Below are positions 1-12,414 of a stretch of 64,000 nt of DNA, one piece after another; the first letter of the stretch is position 1; each line of letters starts with the position of its first letter. This DNA comes from Tubiluchus corallicola (lineage: Eukaryota > Animalia > Priapulida): contig JAQGDQ010000864.1 of assembly GCA_030141605.1 (NCBI GenBank), positions 22,831-86,830 of the forward strand. The letters are read 5' to 3'. The notes under the pieces are model-generated. The model ran no database searches, had not been told where the DNA came from, and saw only the letters and a program-made list of their open reading frames with translations. The translations under genes and the position numbers were made by a program.

Positions 1-241
1 TCATTATCTTCTAGATTCTACATGCCATAAGCTTGTTCTTTATACTGATGGTGTTGGTCCCCATTATATAGTAGCAGTGATCCAAATAGAACTAGTCTTG
101 TGCTACTGTGATGCCTTCTATAGTTAAAATGATTACATTTTAGTTCAAAACTGATCTTTAAACTGAATGTTGGATGCGATTTCTGTTTGCTAATTATAAA
201 GTTTAAATGTTAATTTGTTTTACCGGTTGATCATTTTGCAG

Positions 242-3200
242 ACAGTGGATTTTTCGTCGTCCCGTCAAGAAGCAGTCTCTAAGCATTCGCAACACTAAAG
301 CGATGAAGAGCAAATTGTCTGATATTCTTCCTGTGCTCATCTTCTCCAACTTGATGTCACTTGTGCTCGGAGCCGGAATCGGGTATGATGAATTGCTCAC
401 TTGTCGGAGGGGCCCGGGAGGGCGAGAAGAGCTTTAACTTCGAGGCTGGTTGGGGCAGCTCCACCAGGGACGAGAATTTTCCGCGGAATTCCCAGTTTTT
501 GGAAGACCAGTAGTGCCATTTTTGTAAATCGCGTAAATTTGTTGAGAAAATTTTTACGGACCCAGTACATTATTTCACAAGCTGACCTCTGGTTGGCAGG
601 CCGTCACTTTGTTTACATCATGTACATCAGTGTAACCACGTGTATATCTCTATGTATAAAAATATAGAATCAATTGTGCGGAGTTATTTGAGTCAATTGC
701 AGACAGTTTTTATATACGTTTGCATAGGAGCAGCCAGTACTTAGGTGTTTTTGAGACAATTAGGTATCATGTATCCTTGATAGTTGGGTATTTTAAATTA
801 TGCATGAAACAAGGTAACTGATATTTTAAGTCCACTTAGAGGCTCTCTATGGTCACAAAATTGCAATTTGTTGCTGGCTCCAAGGGGACTTCGCCCCTCG
901 ACCCCATTGGGGGCCTTGGTGGCCCCAAACCCCCCGGCCTGTTTCAGAGTTCTTTGCAATTTGTCATTCTCATCTCTGCATTCACGTTGCTTTTCATGTT
1001 TTTTCTTTGTATTTTTATTTTACTGACTTTCCTTTTTAAAATACGAAACATAAACGGTATCATTATTACAAGCATTCTGAATGCATGTTGTCTGTTGAAA
1101 CCCGACAACTATCACTGTGTGTCGTCACATTTTTTTCGTGATATCACGGGCAAGTACACAAAATGTCGGTGTTTGATGAGAAATTTTTTGCTTCGTAATT
1201 TATCTTTTCGTTTTATAAAAAAATTATTTCAACGGCAACTATATATTTTCTACCAGTTGATATACGTTTTACGATACCACCATGTTTATCTACACTGACA
1301 GTTGAGTGTATTTTTGCTTTTTATTTAGCCTGTATTTCCAACAGCCAGTATCTTCTGGTGAAACATGTGCAGTACCTACAGGCTTTTTATAAAGTGCTGT
1401 TTTAGTTGCTTGCCAGTAAACGATTTTATAATCTGTTTATAACGTTTGTTACACAAATGCCTGATGCAAATTTTATTTCATGTTTGAAGCTTCCTAGAAA
1501 CAACTTCCTAGACACAAATAAACTTGGCATAACATTTGAAATACTGTTCTCTGAATTGTGAAGCCTTGAGGCACATGTCCAGGGATGAGAATTTTCCGCG
1601 GATACGCGGAATTCAGAGTTTTTGGAAGACCTGTAATGCCATTTTTGTAAATCGCAATCATAAATTCTATGAGAAAATTTTTACGGACCCAATACATTAT
1701 TTCACAAACTGACCGCTAGTTGGCAGGCCGTCACTTTGTTTACATCACGTACATCAGTGTAACCACGTGTGTATCTCTATGTATAAAAATATAGAATCAA
1801 TTGTGCAGAGTTATTTGAGTCAATTGCAGACAGTTTTTATATACTTTTGCATAGGAGCAGCCAGTACTTAGGCGTTTTTGAAACAATTAGGTATCATGTA
1901 TCCTTGATAGTTGGGTATTTTAAACTATGCATGAAACAAGGTAATTGATATTTTAAGTCCACTTAGAGGTTCTCTGTGGTCACAAAATTGCAATTTGTTG
2001 CTGGCTCTGCGGCCCCCAAATCCCCGGCCTGTTTCAGAGTTTTTTGCAATTTGTCATTCTCATCCCTGCTTGAGGCACATGTAACCTTCATTTATCAGGG
2101 GAGTGGCTCTCCAAATGTAAATCAGGGCAAGAAAAGGAAATGCTAAACTATGCCCCAAAAAAATTCCGTACAAAGTTATATTACTTAGCATTTTGCTTAC
2201 CTGGTTGAAAGAGGAAAAGAAAACTATAAATACATAATTTAAAATGTACGCACCAGTTAGTGAAATTAGGGTTACCATATTGTCTGAGTTGAAAAAGAGG
2301 ACACTTTTTCGCACACTTGTAAGTAGGCAAAAATGACCAGTCTAGGGTCTGTTAAAACAATGCAAAATAAAATGCAAATTATACAAATAGACCTACATGT
2401 ATTCTAATAGCAATACCAAATGGCTATACTGCAAAAAACATTAACACACTGCAACTGTCAGTCGCAGAAACAGTTACGGTTGAATTTGACTGAGCCCGAG
2501 ATAATTGAAATTAACGAGCTTTTCTTTGGCCCGTACTAGCGTACACCTCTGCAGTTGGCAATGTCCATGCATACTTGCGGATTGTGGCAAAATCCTGACA
2601 AACTGCCTATTTTTTAAAACCTGCCCGGACAGAGGCCCAAAAAGAAGGCTGACGTATGGTAACCCTAAGTAAAATGTCGTTGACTCACCTCCAGAGTGCA
2701 CCACTTGCTAACCAAAAACTTGTTGAAAAGACGAGGTAATTTAAAAATTTGCCGAGGTAGTGAAGTGAGTTACGAAAGCTCTGACTGATTATTTTTTCAC
2801 ACTTTACACAATGTTATCTAAACTTGTTTCAAACGACTTAGCGTCAGAATGGCTGTATCTAACGCAGGGCCTAAGGGAGGCCCCACTCGGGGAGGGGGGG
2901 ACGGGCGCCACCATAGTTGAACTGCTAGAACGCCGGAGAAGCATTTTCGAAGAGAAAATATGGAGTTATACAGTTGTTAAAGGAAAGAACAATTGAAAGA
3001 AAAACTGCTTTATTCTCAAGACCAGTCCTTAATACATGTCAAATAGTCAAATCAAAAACAACATCTTTGCAATATGTAATACCGTACTCTCACTTCCGTA
3101 CAAGCCGGTGTTAGAAATTCCGAAATTGAAAACAGCTGAACATCGGCACCGAGCCGCACAAGGCAAGAGAGAGAGAGAGGGAAAGAGGAGGCAGTATGTT

Positions 3201-3566
3201 CTCATAAAGCAAAAAAATGTTACCTCGGGATGAGGCCCCGGGGAAGTATCCCCACTTCCCCCCCCTGAAATAGGGCCTGATCTAACGGTCATTGCGAGAG
3301 TTTAAATTTACATGTTTTATACAGAGTGCACTTACGCAATAATGTGCATAACAAGACATCATGTCAGTGGCATAAAATTTCAAAACAGATTTTTTAACTT
3401 TTATGAAAGTGAACTGGAGGCTTCTTTGTGCTTTATTGTATCTGGTCTGGATAATCTTGAAATAAAAACGCAATTTAAACGAAGATTTTCTTTTTCTTTC
3501 AGATGGTATTTTGCACGAAAGCTTGCAGCGAGGCCACTTTCCATCACGCTACTTCCTGTCGACTGA
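242..3566 (+). CDS. BNIP3: BNIP3/BNIP3L (NIX)-like mitophagy receptor, last two coding exons (242-382, 3503-3566); gene begins upstream of the window
   Basis: Splice sites ttttgcag|242..382|gtatga and tttcag|3503 join in phase 2. Translation QWIFRRPVKKQSLSIRNTKAMKSKLSDILPVLIFSNLMSLVLGAGIGWYFARKLAARPLSITLLPVD* resembles the BNIP3 C-terminus (LSMRNTSVMKK...[22 protein letters not shown]), including the small-residue GxxxG tail-anchor TM helix. Confidence 0.88.
465..978 (+). mobile_element. hAT-type MITE, family A, copy 1
   Basis: TIRs CAGGGACGAGAAT...ATTCTCATCTCTG; body highly similar to 1580-2068 and 52506-53017. Confidence 0.85.
1580..2068 (+). mobile_element. hAT-type MITE, family A, copy 2
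   Basis: Perfect TIRs CAGGGATGAGAAT/ATTCTCATCCCTG; flanked by a direct repeat CTTGAGGCACATGT. Confidence 0.88.
2780..3312. mobile_element. Dispersed repeat family B fragment, interrupted by a nested MITE
   Basis: 2780-2864 plus 3280-3312 match 51924-52032 (ATGTTATC.AAACTTGTTTCAAACGA...CTAACGGTCAT.GCG.GAGTTTAAATTTACA). Confidence 0.75.
2865..3279. mobile_element. hAT-type MITE nested in repeat B
   Basis: Termini CAGGGCCT...AGGGCCTG; exact 8-bp TSD ATCTAACG at 2857-2864 and 3280-3287. Confidence 0.85.
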
Positions 3567-4104
3567 TGACGATCTTCAAGTCGAATGGTCCTTCTTTGCT
3601 ACGTCGAGGAGCAAAGCGAGAAATACCTGAATATTTTGCTGTTTGCTAAAAATTAATACAGGAATTTTTAATACAGGCATCCACCTTGAGCTTGAGCGCT
3701 ACATAATGTCTTATTTTCCTACTATTTGGTTATCTGGTGCAGCAGGTTATAGTTTCCTAGAGTTTCTTTATGTTGCTTGTGTCTGCTTTTATGCTGTTGC
3801 TTGCTTGAAAATTACTGCGGATGGTTGTGAGCGCTGAGGCTACTTCCCAGACCCACGGAATAGAGCTTATTTACACCAACAAAAACTGTTTTAAATTTCC
3901 CTAACATTGTCATGTACATAAAATTCGATGCATTATATTTATTTATGTATAAAATAGTTATACAACGCCGTATATTGCGTAATGAAGCTAATGGTACACT
4001 TGCTTTTGTAGCAGGGAGCATACACAGGTGACAGTGTGGGTACGTTTTAATGGTAATACAGTGTTTAAGCAACTCTACTTTGCTGTGAACATGCCATTAT
4101 TCAC

Positions 4105-4935
4105 TATTATAGGTTTTATACATCAAATGTAGACACAGGAAAGTTCAAATGTGACTTAGATAAGTCAAATGTAGACATAGATAAGTCAAATGTAGACATC
4201 GGAATTTCAAATGTGTTTTGGTAACTCAAATGTGACTTTGGTAAGTCAAATGTAGATGCATTACTTTGAATAAATAGGTAATTAGCTCATTTAAGTGCAA
4301 ATTACGGAACGATAAACCAAAGATAGTCATCACCTCTTTCATAACTTTAAAAAATGCGTTGTTTATCCTCAAACGAAATTCTTTGATAAACCACAACGTC
4401 GGTAGAAAAGAATAAATTAGTTCCCACTTCCCAATGAACAGTGAATCACTAATTAGTTTTTTAAGTAATACATTAGCACTGCATTAATGAATTAGTTTCT
4501 CTCAAGAAACATTGTTTATTTTAAGAATGTATTGTTTTCTCTAACAGGTCCAATGGTATGTAAAGTTTGCAGAATATTAGTGAACTATTAGTAGGCCTGT
4601 AAAGTTATTATTTTCACAGCAATTATTAAATTAAGATTAAAGGAGATTAAATTTAACATCCTTAAGCTTTACACCTATCCACATTTGAGATATCGGATGT
4701 TACATTTGACTTGACATCTGTCTACATTTGACTTGCCAAAAGCGCTTAAGATTTCTTGAAAACCATTGTTAACACATTTGAACTACCTAAGTCTACATTT
4801 GAGTTAACATAGGTCTACATTTGACTTACCAAAAGCGCCCAAGATTTCTTGAAAACCATTGTTAACACATTCGAATTACCTTAGTCTACATTTGGCTTAA
4901 CACAGGTCTACATTTGACATGTAAAACCTATAATA
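4105..4935. mobile_element. Foldback-like DNA element with subterminal ~20-bp repeats
   Basis: TIR TATTATAGGTTTT/AAAACCTATAATA; tandem TCAAATGTAGAC units on the left are mirrored by GTCTACATTTGA units on the right. Confidence 0.75.
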
Positions 4936-5593
4936 CAAACAAGGTCAAATGGCTAACCTCGGCAGCAATCTATTGTCGTTCGTTTGCATGTCTGCAAAAA
5001 TCACATCGTAGATCAAACAGCGGCGATGCAGTCGGCTTCCAAAAGCATCCATTTTATCCTTTACGTACCGTTCAGCCTGAACTTTCTAATGTGTAAGTGC
5101 AGTTAGTTTAATCAACGTTTTGCCTTCCTTAGATGTCAAGCTCATAACTCTCTGTTTCTGTATAAATTCAGTAAGATATCTTATATTTCGCCTGAAACTA
5201 TTTTTATATACACGCGGTATGTGAGTGCAAAGGGTATGTTTACCTATTATTTTACGTGAAAGTACTTTTAGATTTAGTAAATCATCACTTAATATTCGTA
5301 ATTAAATTTATCTGTTTTCATTTCTAAACAAATCAAACTTAGATAAGTAAAGATGTGTCCCTTCCCTGTTGCATGTACCATTATAATTATTAGTGCAGCT
5401 ATTCTGCATAGATTATACAAATTTATACATAGAAGTATATAAATTTTGAGGTGTTATCTTACTGTGGGCAAATTTATATTTAATTGTGGTGGTAATTTAA
5501 AACAAAGTTTTATTTTGTGCATTTTTAAAGCTCAAATATATTTTCACTTGCTAATACTTCGCAAGTAAAAAGTTACCAAAACATCATTTAACT

Positions 5594-5851
5594 CAGGGAT
5601 GTGCAAACTGCGGCCCTCTGAGAGATCTTGTGCGGCCCGCGAAGAGGTTTGTCGAAGTAATGAGTAATAACTTATAAAATAGCTTCTTGAGTGCGGTAGT
5701 GCAGTAGTGATGATGTGCGCAAATCGGATGCAAAAAAAAATCGTTATTAGGTCCTACTGCACTTGGCTCCTTGATCAAACTGCATGTGGCTCACAGGAAT
5801 CGCGGGAATGTTTAATGTGGCCCGGCTAGTCAGATAATTTGCACACCCCTG
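5594..5851 (+). mobile_element. hAT-type MITE, family C (internally deleted)
   Basis: TIRs CAGGGATGTGCAAA/TTTGCACACCCCTG; 8-bp TSD ATTTAACT/ATTTAACG; matches 36335-36743. Confidence 0.85.
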
Positions 5852-6000
5852 ATTTAACGGTTTTTGATATAGCTTAAAATGTTGGTAATTATATTAAAAA
5901 TTTTATCCAGAAAATATTGTAGCAAAAATTGTTCATTAAGCTTTAGTTTCTAAAATCTATCGTCTTTTGTAGCGATTACTGCTAGACGTGTCAAAATGTG

Positions 6001-6960
6001 GACTGAAGTGGCGTTTACCAGAAATTCGCATGGCGTTATTGCATTGTAGATGAAAATCACTTTAGAACGCGCAGGCAGCCATCACTAGAATTTTATTCTT
6101 GCTTGTGATTTTGAGTTGTTTTTGATGATGATTGTTTTCCCAAAAGTCTAAATTTTGAAGTTGGTACCATTTTGTAGTCGTGCTGTCCCCCTAGCGGACA
6201 TTGACTTAGTTCTACAGTTTGTCAACAATGACACGGGGCAAATTCTTTGTGTTTAGTCATTGTGGGGACATTTACACAGAGAAATACATTATTCATACAC
6301 CCCCTAGTGTCTATTATGAGAACCACTACGACAATGTAAACTTTGCTGATTTAAGTCGACTTCTTTGAGCACCCAATTCTTACATAATATGTCATCAAAT
6401 TTTGCATCCTTTATGCTGACTTATTAACTAGTATGAAGGGAATGAATTCTTGTAAATTGTATATGCGGTATAACATCAGCAGTACTGCATATAGGCATTT
6501 TGCTTATAGACAGTGGCGACTCAAGCTAAAATTACTGGCGTACTGCTTCAGAAAATTTGTAGCCATTGTTTTAATACTGTCTAAAACGTAACGAACTTAA
6601 TTATGTAATTTTATTGTTGTAGTTATATTTGAAGATCAGGTGTTGAACGGCCTCTTTTCTCATGGAGAGATAAGTGTGAAAAATTAAGTTGTTGTAGTTC
6701 ACTTACAGTCACTGAACTTGCATTTCTTGGGGATGCAATGCGTCCATTATTAAATATTTTATGTTTTAAGCACACACGCTAAGTTTACATTTTATCACAT
6801 CAAAGAATATGACGCATGACGTGGCTATTCATTGATATTAATTTTTATTCTCCAGTGAACAGATATTTATAATTACTGATGTTTACATTAAGGAAGGTGC
6901 CCATAATGTGCTTCACAAACTAACGCATTTCAGATGTCTGGTAAACGCCGCTTTGAGTTT
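6001..6960. mobile_element. Old degenerate TIR element
   Basis: GGCGTTTACCAGA...GCGTTA near 6010-6038 is inverted at TAACGC...TCTGGTAAACGCC near 6921-6950. Confidence 0.45.
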
Positions 6961-7361
6961 GTTATTTCAACATGTTTTTGCCAATTTCTCTCACTGTGGA
7001 TTGAGTTATCAAATCAAGTTTTCTATTAAATGTAATTGTGTGAAATGAACTGGTTCATATTTAACGTTGAATAAATTTACCGAAATTAGTAATTATATTG
7101 ATGTTATTACTATTGTTGACTCATTAGTCGAATTTTGTATTTAATCGCCATAGCTGTGTATAGTAACTGTCGTTTCGTGTTGTATATGTATGCAAGAGTT
7201 GGAAGATGTAGTAAAGCACTCTTAATGTATAAAAATATTATATGTAACAGACATGCATGTTATGGAAGAATTCCTGTATAATAAATATCAATTACTCTGC
7301 AGTATATTGTTCTAATGCATCGTGAATCAGTGGTTCTAGGTTTGACTGGTGGCAGAGAATA

Positions 7362-7831
7362 CAGTTAAGCTCGGGTATAAAGTATTCACTTATAAGGGAC
7401 CGCCAACACCGGTCCCGATTTTTCGTAACGTTTTTCCTATGTAAAAATCTTCGTGCATAAGGTACTCGGGTATAAGGGACTTTCGGTTATAACGGGACGA
7501 TAAATTCAAGTCCCGCGTAATAGAAACCCTGGTAAATTACCTTGCGTATAAGGGACATTATGATCAAAGCGATATTGATCGATTTTTAACCTTAATTTTT
7601 CGCAAACTCGACCTTCGAACAGCTCGGTTTCCGCGGTCACATGCATCTCGCATCACTGAAGGAGCTTCCTACGTACCGTTTGCACTGAATATGTAGCAAT
7701 AATCCATAAAAATATGGGTAGAAGTATAGGTCTAGATACACCCTCGGTCTGACTCAACTTCGGCTGTAAAGGACATTGGATATAAAGGACGTTTTTTTTG
7801 TCTGGAGGTGTCCCTTATATCCGAGTTAACT
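7362..7831 (+). mobile_element. Tc1/pogo-like MITE, family D
   Basis: TA|CAGTTAAGCTCGGGTATAA...CTTATATCCGAGTTAACT with repeated TATAAGGGAC subterminal motifs; related to 42992-43194. Confidence 0.7.
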
Positions 7832-8184
7832 TCTGCCGAGCGATTGCTGAATTTGAACCAATCATTTTCCAGAATTTGGTACAAATGATGCCTACCCACC
7901 GAAATATGATAACATTAATTAACATTAACTTTTCTTTCTGAACAAGGTAATGGAGGTTTCACAAGTGAAAATACATTTTTCCTGCTTCTTAAATGCATTC
8001 AAACTACGCATTTTGTGATTTCTGACCTAGCCAGGAGCATATCAAGACTTCACGATGCCCTGGGCTAATAGATCTGTCCCGCCCATCTGTATTGTGAATT
8101 TAGTGATTATGTACTGAATATAGTTTAAATAATTACTTGTGGTGTATTAGTAATACTATTAACCTAGTTTTTACATGGTCATTG

Positions 8185-8900
8185 TTACTGTAGTAGTCAC
8201 ACCATTTAGCACACTTGTGGTAGTCACACTTACCACTAAGCACACTTGTGGTAGTCACACTTACCACTAAGAACACTGTGGTAGTCGCATGAACCACTAA
8301 GCACACTTGTGGTAGTCACACGTACCACTAAGCACACTTGTGGTAGTCACACGTACCACTAAGCACACTTGTGATAGTTACACTTTCTACTAAGCACCAC
8401 ACTGTGGTATTCACACTTACCACTAAGCACACTTGTGGTAGTCACACTTACCACTAAGAACACTGTGGTAGTCGCATGAACCACTAAGCACACTTGTGGT
8501 AGTCACACGTACCACTAAGCACACTTGTGGTAGTCGCATGAACCACTAAGCACACTTGTGGTAGTCACACGTACCACTAAGCACACTTGTGGTAGTCACA
8601 CTTTCTACTAAGCACACTTGTGATAGTTACACTTTCTACTAAGCACCACACTGTGATAGTCACACTTACCATTAAGCACCACACTGTGGTAGTCACACTT
8701 ACCACTAAGCACCACACTGTGGTAGTCACACTTACCATTAAGCACCACACTGTGGTAGTCACACTTACCACTAAGCACCACACTGTGGTAGTCACATTTA
8801 CCACTAAGCACACTTGTGATAGTTACACTTACTACTACGCACCACACTGTGGTTGTCACACGTACCACACTGTGGTAGTCATGCTTATCACTATGGTAGT
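8185..8900. repeat. Minisatellite, 30-32-bp unit (CACTTACCACTAAGCACACTTGTGGTAGTCA)
   Basis: More than 20 visible tandem copies. Confidence 0.95.
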
Positions 8901-9069
8901 CATTACCGCATTGCCTCTGCTTCAACAAACCGTTTCACCAAACACGTATACTGACTCACCACATTAAGCACCACTCACCACGCAGGACTGAAGTCCATCC
9001 TTCAATCACGCAACTAATTTATCAGCGTGACCATAGTCACACTGATGTATGTAAGCAAAATCAGAATTT

Positions 9070-9104
9070 TCTTTCGGACTATTTGTGGGCCCTAAAAAGG
9101 GCCC
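9070..9104 (-). promoter_or_regulatory. Histone-type 3' stem-loop plus HDE-like purine element
   Basis: Minus strand GGCCCT-TTTT-AGGGCC (9103-9088) followed by CACAAATAGTCCGAAAGA. Fits the 6-bp stem/4-nt loop consensus and a GAAAGA U7-binding core at the expected distance. The 5' flank is CCCCG rather than A-rich. Confidence 0.65.
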
Positions 9105-9216
9105 GGGGAAAAGGAAAAAGACAAAAACAGCGGTTGAATCCTCTTGATGCACGATGCCATGGGTTAAAATATTCCTCCTTGTGATATGCAGAATGTGACG
9201 ATTTCATTTCCTGGAG

Positions 9217-9387
9217 TTAAGACTCGCTCTCTTCATCGTTCTTGGTACTTTCATCAACGTCTTTTCTTGGCGCAAGCACTCCTTAACTCAATCGGCCATG
9301 CAGACGAGCTTCATGACGCACTCGCTAGAGATACCTTCCAGAACTTTCATCTAGCAGCTATACTGCTTCAGTCTCGATGTGCAAACT
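9217..9387 (-). pseudogene. Decayed histone H3-fold-like fragment
   Basis: SLHIETEAV*LLDESSGRYL*RVRHEARLHGRLS*GVLAPRKDVDESTKNDEESES* aligns without gaps to H3 [55 protein letters not shown] (13 identities by hand). It has 3 internal stops and lies ~115 nt upstream of the stem-loop. Confidence 0.5.
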
Positions 9388-11957
9388 GACTTCCTTTCTG
9401 CCTCAAATGTACAACAATGCATTCGTCACAACATTAATGTGGTAACATTACACACAGTATTACAGATTGTATCTAGACTGTCTAGATCATCATAACTACG
9501 AATATCTTATAACAAAAAATTGTCACAACATAGTATAAACAATATATTATCGATAATTACGCCAGCAACAATGCATTGACAGGTTCTGGTCTCTCGTTAT
9601 GGACCCACTTGGTTTCGAACACAGAAAAACACTAGCACTTTTATCGTGTTGAACATATTCTCGGCAAAAAATGCCTTGATGAGATCATTACTAAACACGC
9701 GCAAGAGAAATGTATCGCTGAAAGTGCCATTTCAAACATCACCGGCTTCCATCCACCGTTTACTTTACGAAATCTTTTTTTGGCACCCCAAGCCAAAAAG
9801 CCTAGAGTAATTTTTTGCTATTTTTTGTGAAATAAAGGGTGGACGTTGACGTGTGTTAAAAATCAATAATTGCACTAATTAATGTCAATGATTAAAATCA
9901 GAACAGAAGCTGCCATTGCACATAACATGATGCTGATTCTAAATGGAACTAATCACTCTTGTAGAAGAAACGTCACTACATATATGGCAGTTATTTGAGA
10001 GAACTACTACCAGTTTTTCTACACATCGCTTTATGAGGCTTCGCTTGCATCCATATTCCACCAGAACTCCCGTGGCAAGAACTCCACTGACGACAATTTA
10101 CTCAGCGTACGCAAACCGACCAATCAAAGGCGGCTGCACAATATTTATGGCAAAATGTAGATGCATAGCGAACATTACAGAGGCACAATAAGACATTACA
10201 TATTAATCGAAATGCAGAATAATCACGAAAAACCGCTTCACAGCAACGATATTTCTAGAGAATAGATTTAAAACCTACACTGCAAAGCTAAAAAGTTGAA
10301 ACAAATCGTGTCACTTCTCGCGTAACACTTAGAAAGATGTCAAATTTCCAAAAAAAACATTTTCCGAGCATTTAGTTCCATCGCGTTTTGAAAGACATCC
10401 TTATTACACGTAGTATTTATGCCATTCCGAGCAATGGTGCACTTTATTTCTCAACAATTAAATATAAAACCTGCTTAACCTAACAAACATGCACATTCAA
10501 GCTTTACCTTAAGCTCAGTAAAAAAGAAACAAATTTTACGAGAAGCAATGAATTCTGCTCCAAGCGTTGCATTCAGAACCTTATAGTTAGACATGAATCC
10601 ACTAGGATACTCGTTTCGAAGGATTACGAAAACTCAAAAGTTCTACGTGCGCAAGTGTAACATTGTACAGAAACTACATAATTGACCACGCATAATACGT
10701 TTTAAGTAAAATACAAGATGTAAAACATCAAACAAGAAGCATTCGCCGTGTGAATGTGCTGGAGGCCAAATTCATAAACAATGTCAGCACATTTTCCCGT
10801 TTATGAACAGCTATTACAAAAAAAATCTTATATAAAAGTCCGCAAATCACAGGGAGGGGAACACGAAAAAATATACTCTTATTTACAGTATAAAAACTAG
10901 CTTTACAAGCGGGCATTGCATCTCAAGAGTAAACGACCTCAACGACACGAACAATAGTAACAAGCAAACACGAAAAGGAGTATAATCCTATACAATATGA
11001 ATCATATACAAAACAAATGTCAAACGGAAAAGACTCTATGCACAGCGCTCTGTGCACTTCATTACACAGCCGTGTTATTTCTAGCCGATACTATTAGCAA
11101 ATCATACATACAAAACATGCAAATATATGTACGCGTAATCCGGTCTTAGCTCAGTATCTACTAAAGTCAGCAACTGACTATATCACTTGCTATCACAGCA
11201 ATGGCTGAAAAACTATCGTTTAAATGTAAATTTGTTAAGAAATCAAGAAACTAGTCGTGCAACTAGTTGTAATGGAGGCATCCGCTTGAACAATGACAAT
11301 AAAAATCAAGTTTCCTTAAACTTTTGGAAAAAATTCAGTACGAGTGGTTATTTTGCTAATATCCAAAGCTAGAAATATCACTGAGCACATAAGAATCCAA
11401 TTTGCATGACAACTCAACACAGCACCGTTCTTGAGATGTCACTAAGACTACAGTCATCAATAACATTTAATCAAATGTTAAACAAGCATGACAAAACTGC
11501 GAAAGCAACATTCACAAAATCAATGATCAAGCAATTTTTTAAATTCAATTCGCAGTACGAAAGTTAGACACGGTCAAATACATCAATGAATAACGGCGCG
11601 CAAAAAATTCCGAAACTTGTGGGCGTGTCGTGCAAGTTTAACATTTAACCGAAAATCACTACAATCAACAATTATTTACCGAGTAAAAATTGACGTGAAT
11701 TATAACACAGGTGTCAAAAGACCAATATTTCCACATTGCTACGATGGGCGCTTGTAATATCAGCGTTTTGAGCCCATCTCTGACTAGAAAATTTGGTCCC
11801 TTGACTTACACGTTTGATCACCTGGTTAATAAGTATATATACAAAGAATAATACAAATTGTTCTTCAGTTCTTCTTAACTTAAACTCTTTGGTTTACACC
11901 AAACAACTTAACTTCACTCAATATGAAATATACAAACTTATATAGTGCATGTAGAAT

Positions 11958-12362
11958 TCATGCACTGACTTTGAGCATGTGCTTCAAATGCACTTCAAAG
12001 TTAGAAAACTCGTTCGCAGCAGGCCCCGTCTTCGAATCAAATCCAAACCAGTGCTGAGGCGGTTTAGGCAGTACTGTAGGCGACGGCGGCTCGCTAAACT
12101 TTGCGCCCGCGTACGCCTGAGTGGGACTTCCCGCTGCCTTTCTCGTCGGAGAAACCAAGCCCCTGGATGAAATTGTAACTAGTTGATCCGGAAGGGAAGG
12201 CGATTCCCGTGGCTTGAATGTAGGCGAACATCTCGGTTTTGGAGACGTTAAAGCCCTGGGCACCTTACCTCGATTGGGCTGGTACCTTGCTTTAAGTCGA
12301 ACAAAGGCCTGCCCGGCCAATAAGTCACCGGATAAGTGACTTTCATCTCCTCCAAACGTCAT
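11958..12362 (-). CDS. PNRC2: Proline-rich nuclear receptor coactivator (PNRC2-like; decapping/NMD adaptor), 134 aa, single coding exon
   Basis: Signature YAGAKFSEPPSPTVLPKPPQHW and C-terminal LKHMLKV (vertebrate LKTLLKV); in-frame upstream TGA at 12413-12411 supports this start. Confidence 0.93.
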   Translation of the reverse strand: MTFGGDESHLSGDLLAGQAFVRLKARYQPNRGKVPRALTSPKPRCSPTFKPRESPSLPDQLVTISSRGLVSPTRKAAGSPTQAYAGAKFSEPPSPTVLPKPPQHWFGFDSKTGPAANEFSNFEVHLKHMLKVSA

Positions 12363-12414
12363 CTCTTGTATTAACGGATCTGCTATGGAATGCTTCCGAA
12401 AAAAATCTTTTCAT
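12343..12414 (-). other. uORF overlapping the PNRC start codon (MKRFFSEAFHSRSVNTRDDVWRR*)
   Basis: ATG at 12414, out of frame with the main ATG (GATGAC overlap); TGA at 12345-12343. Confidence 0.65.

Noticed and set aside
849-1298. 149-aa hydrophobic ORF
   Set aside because: Starts inside a MITE and runs through T-rich BNIP3 intron sequence.
8577-8967. Cys/His-periodic ORFs resembling zinc fingers (KCDYHS)
   Set aside because: Translations of a 30-32-bp minisatellite; frameshifting units, no splice support.
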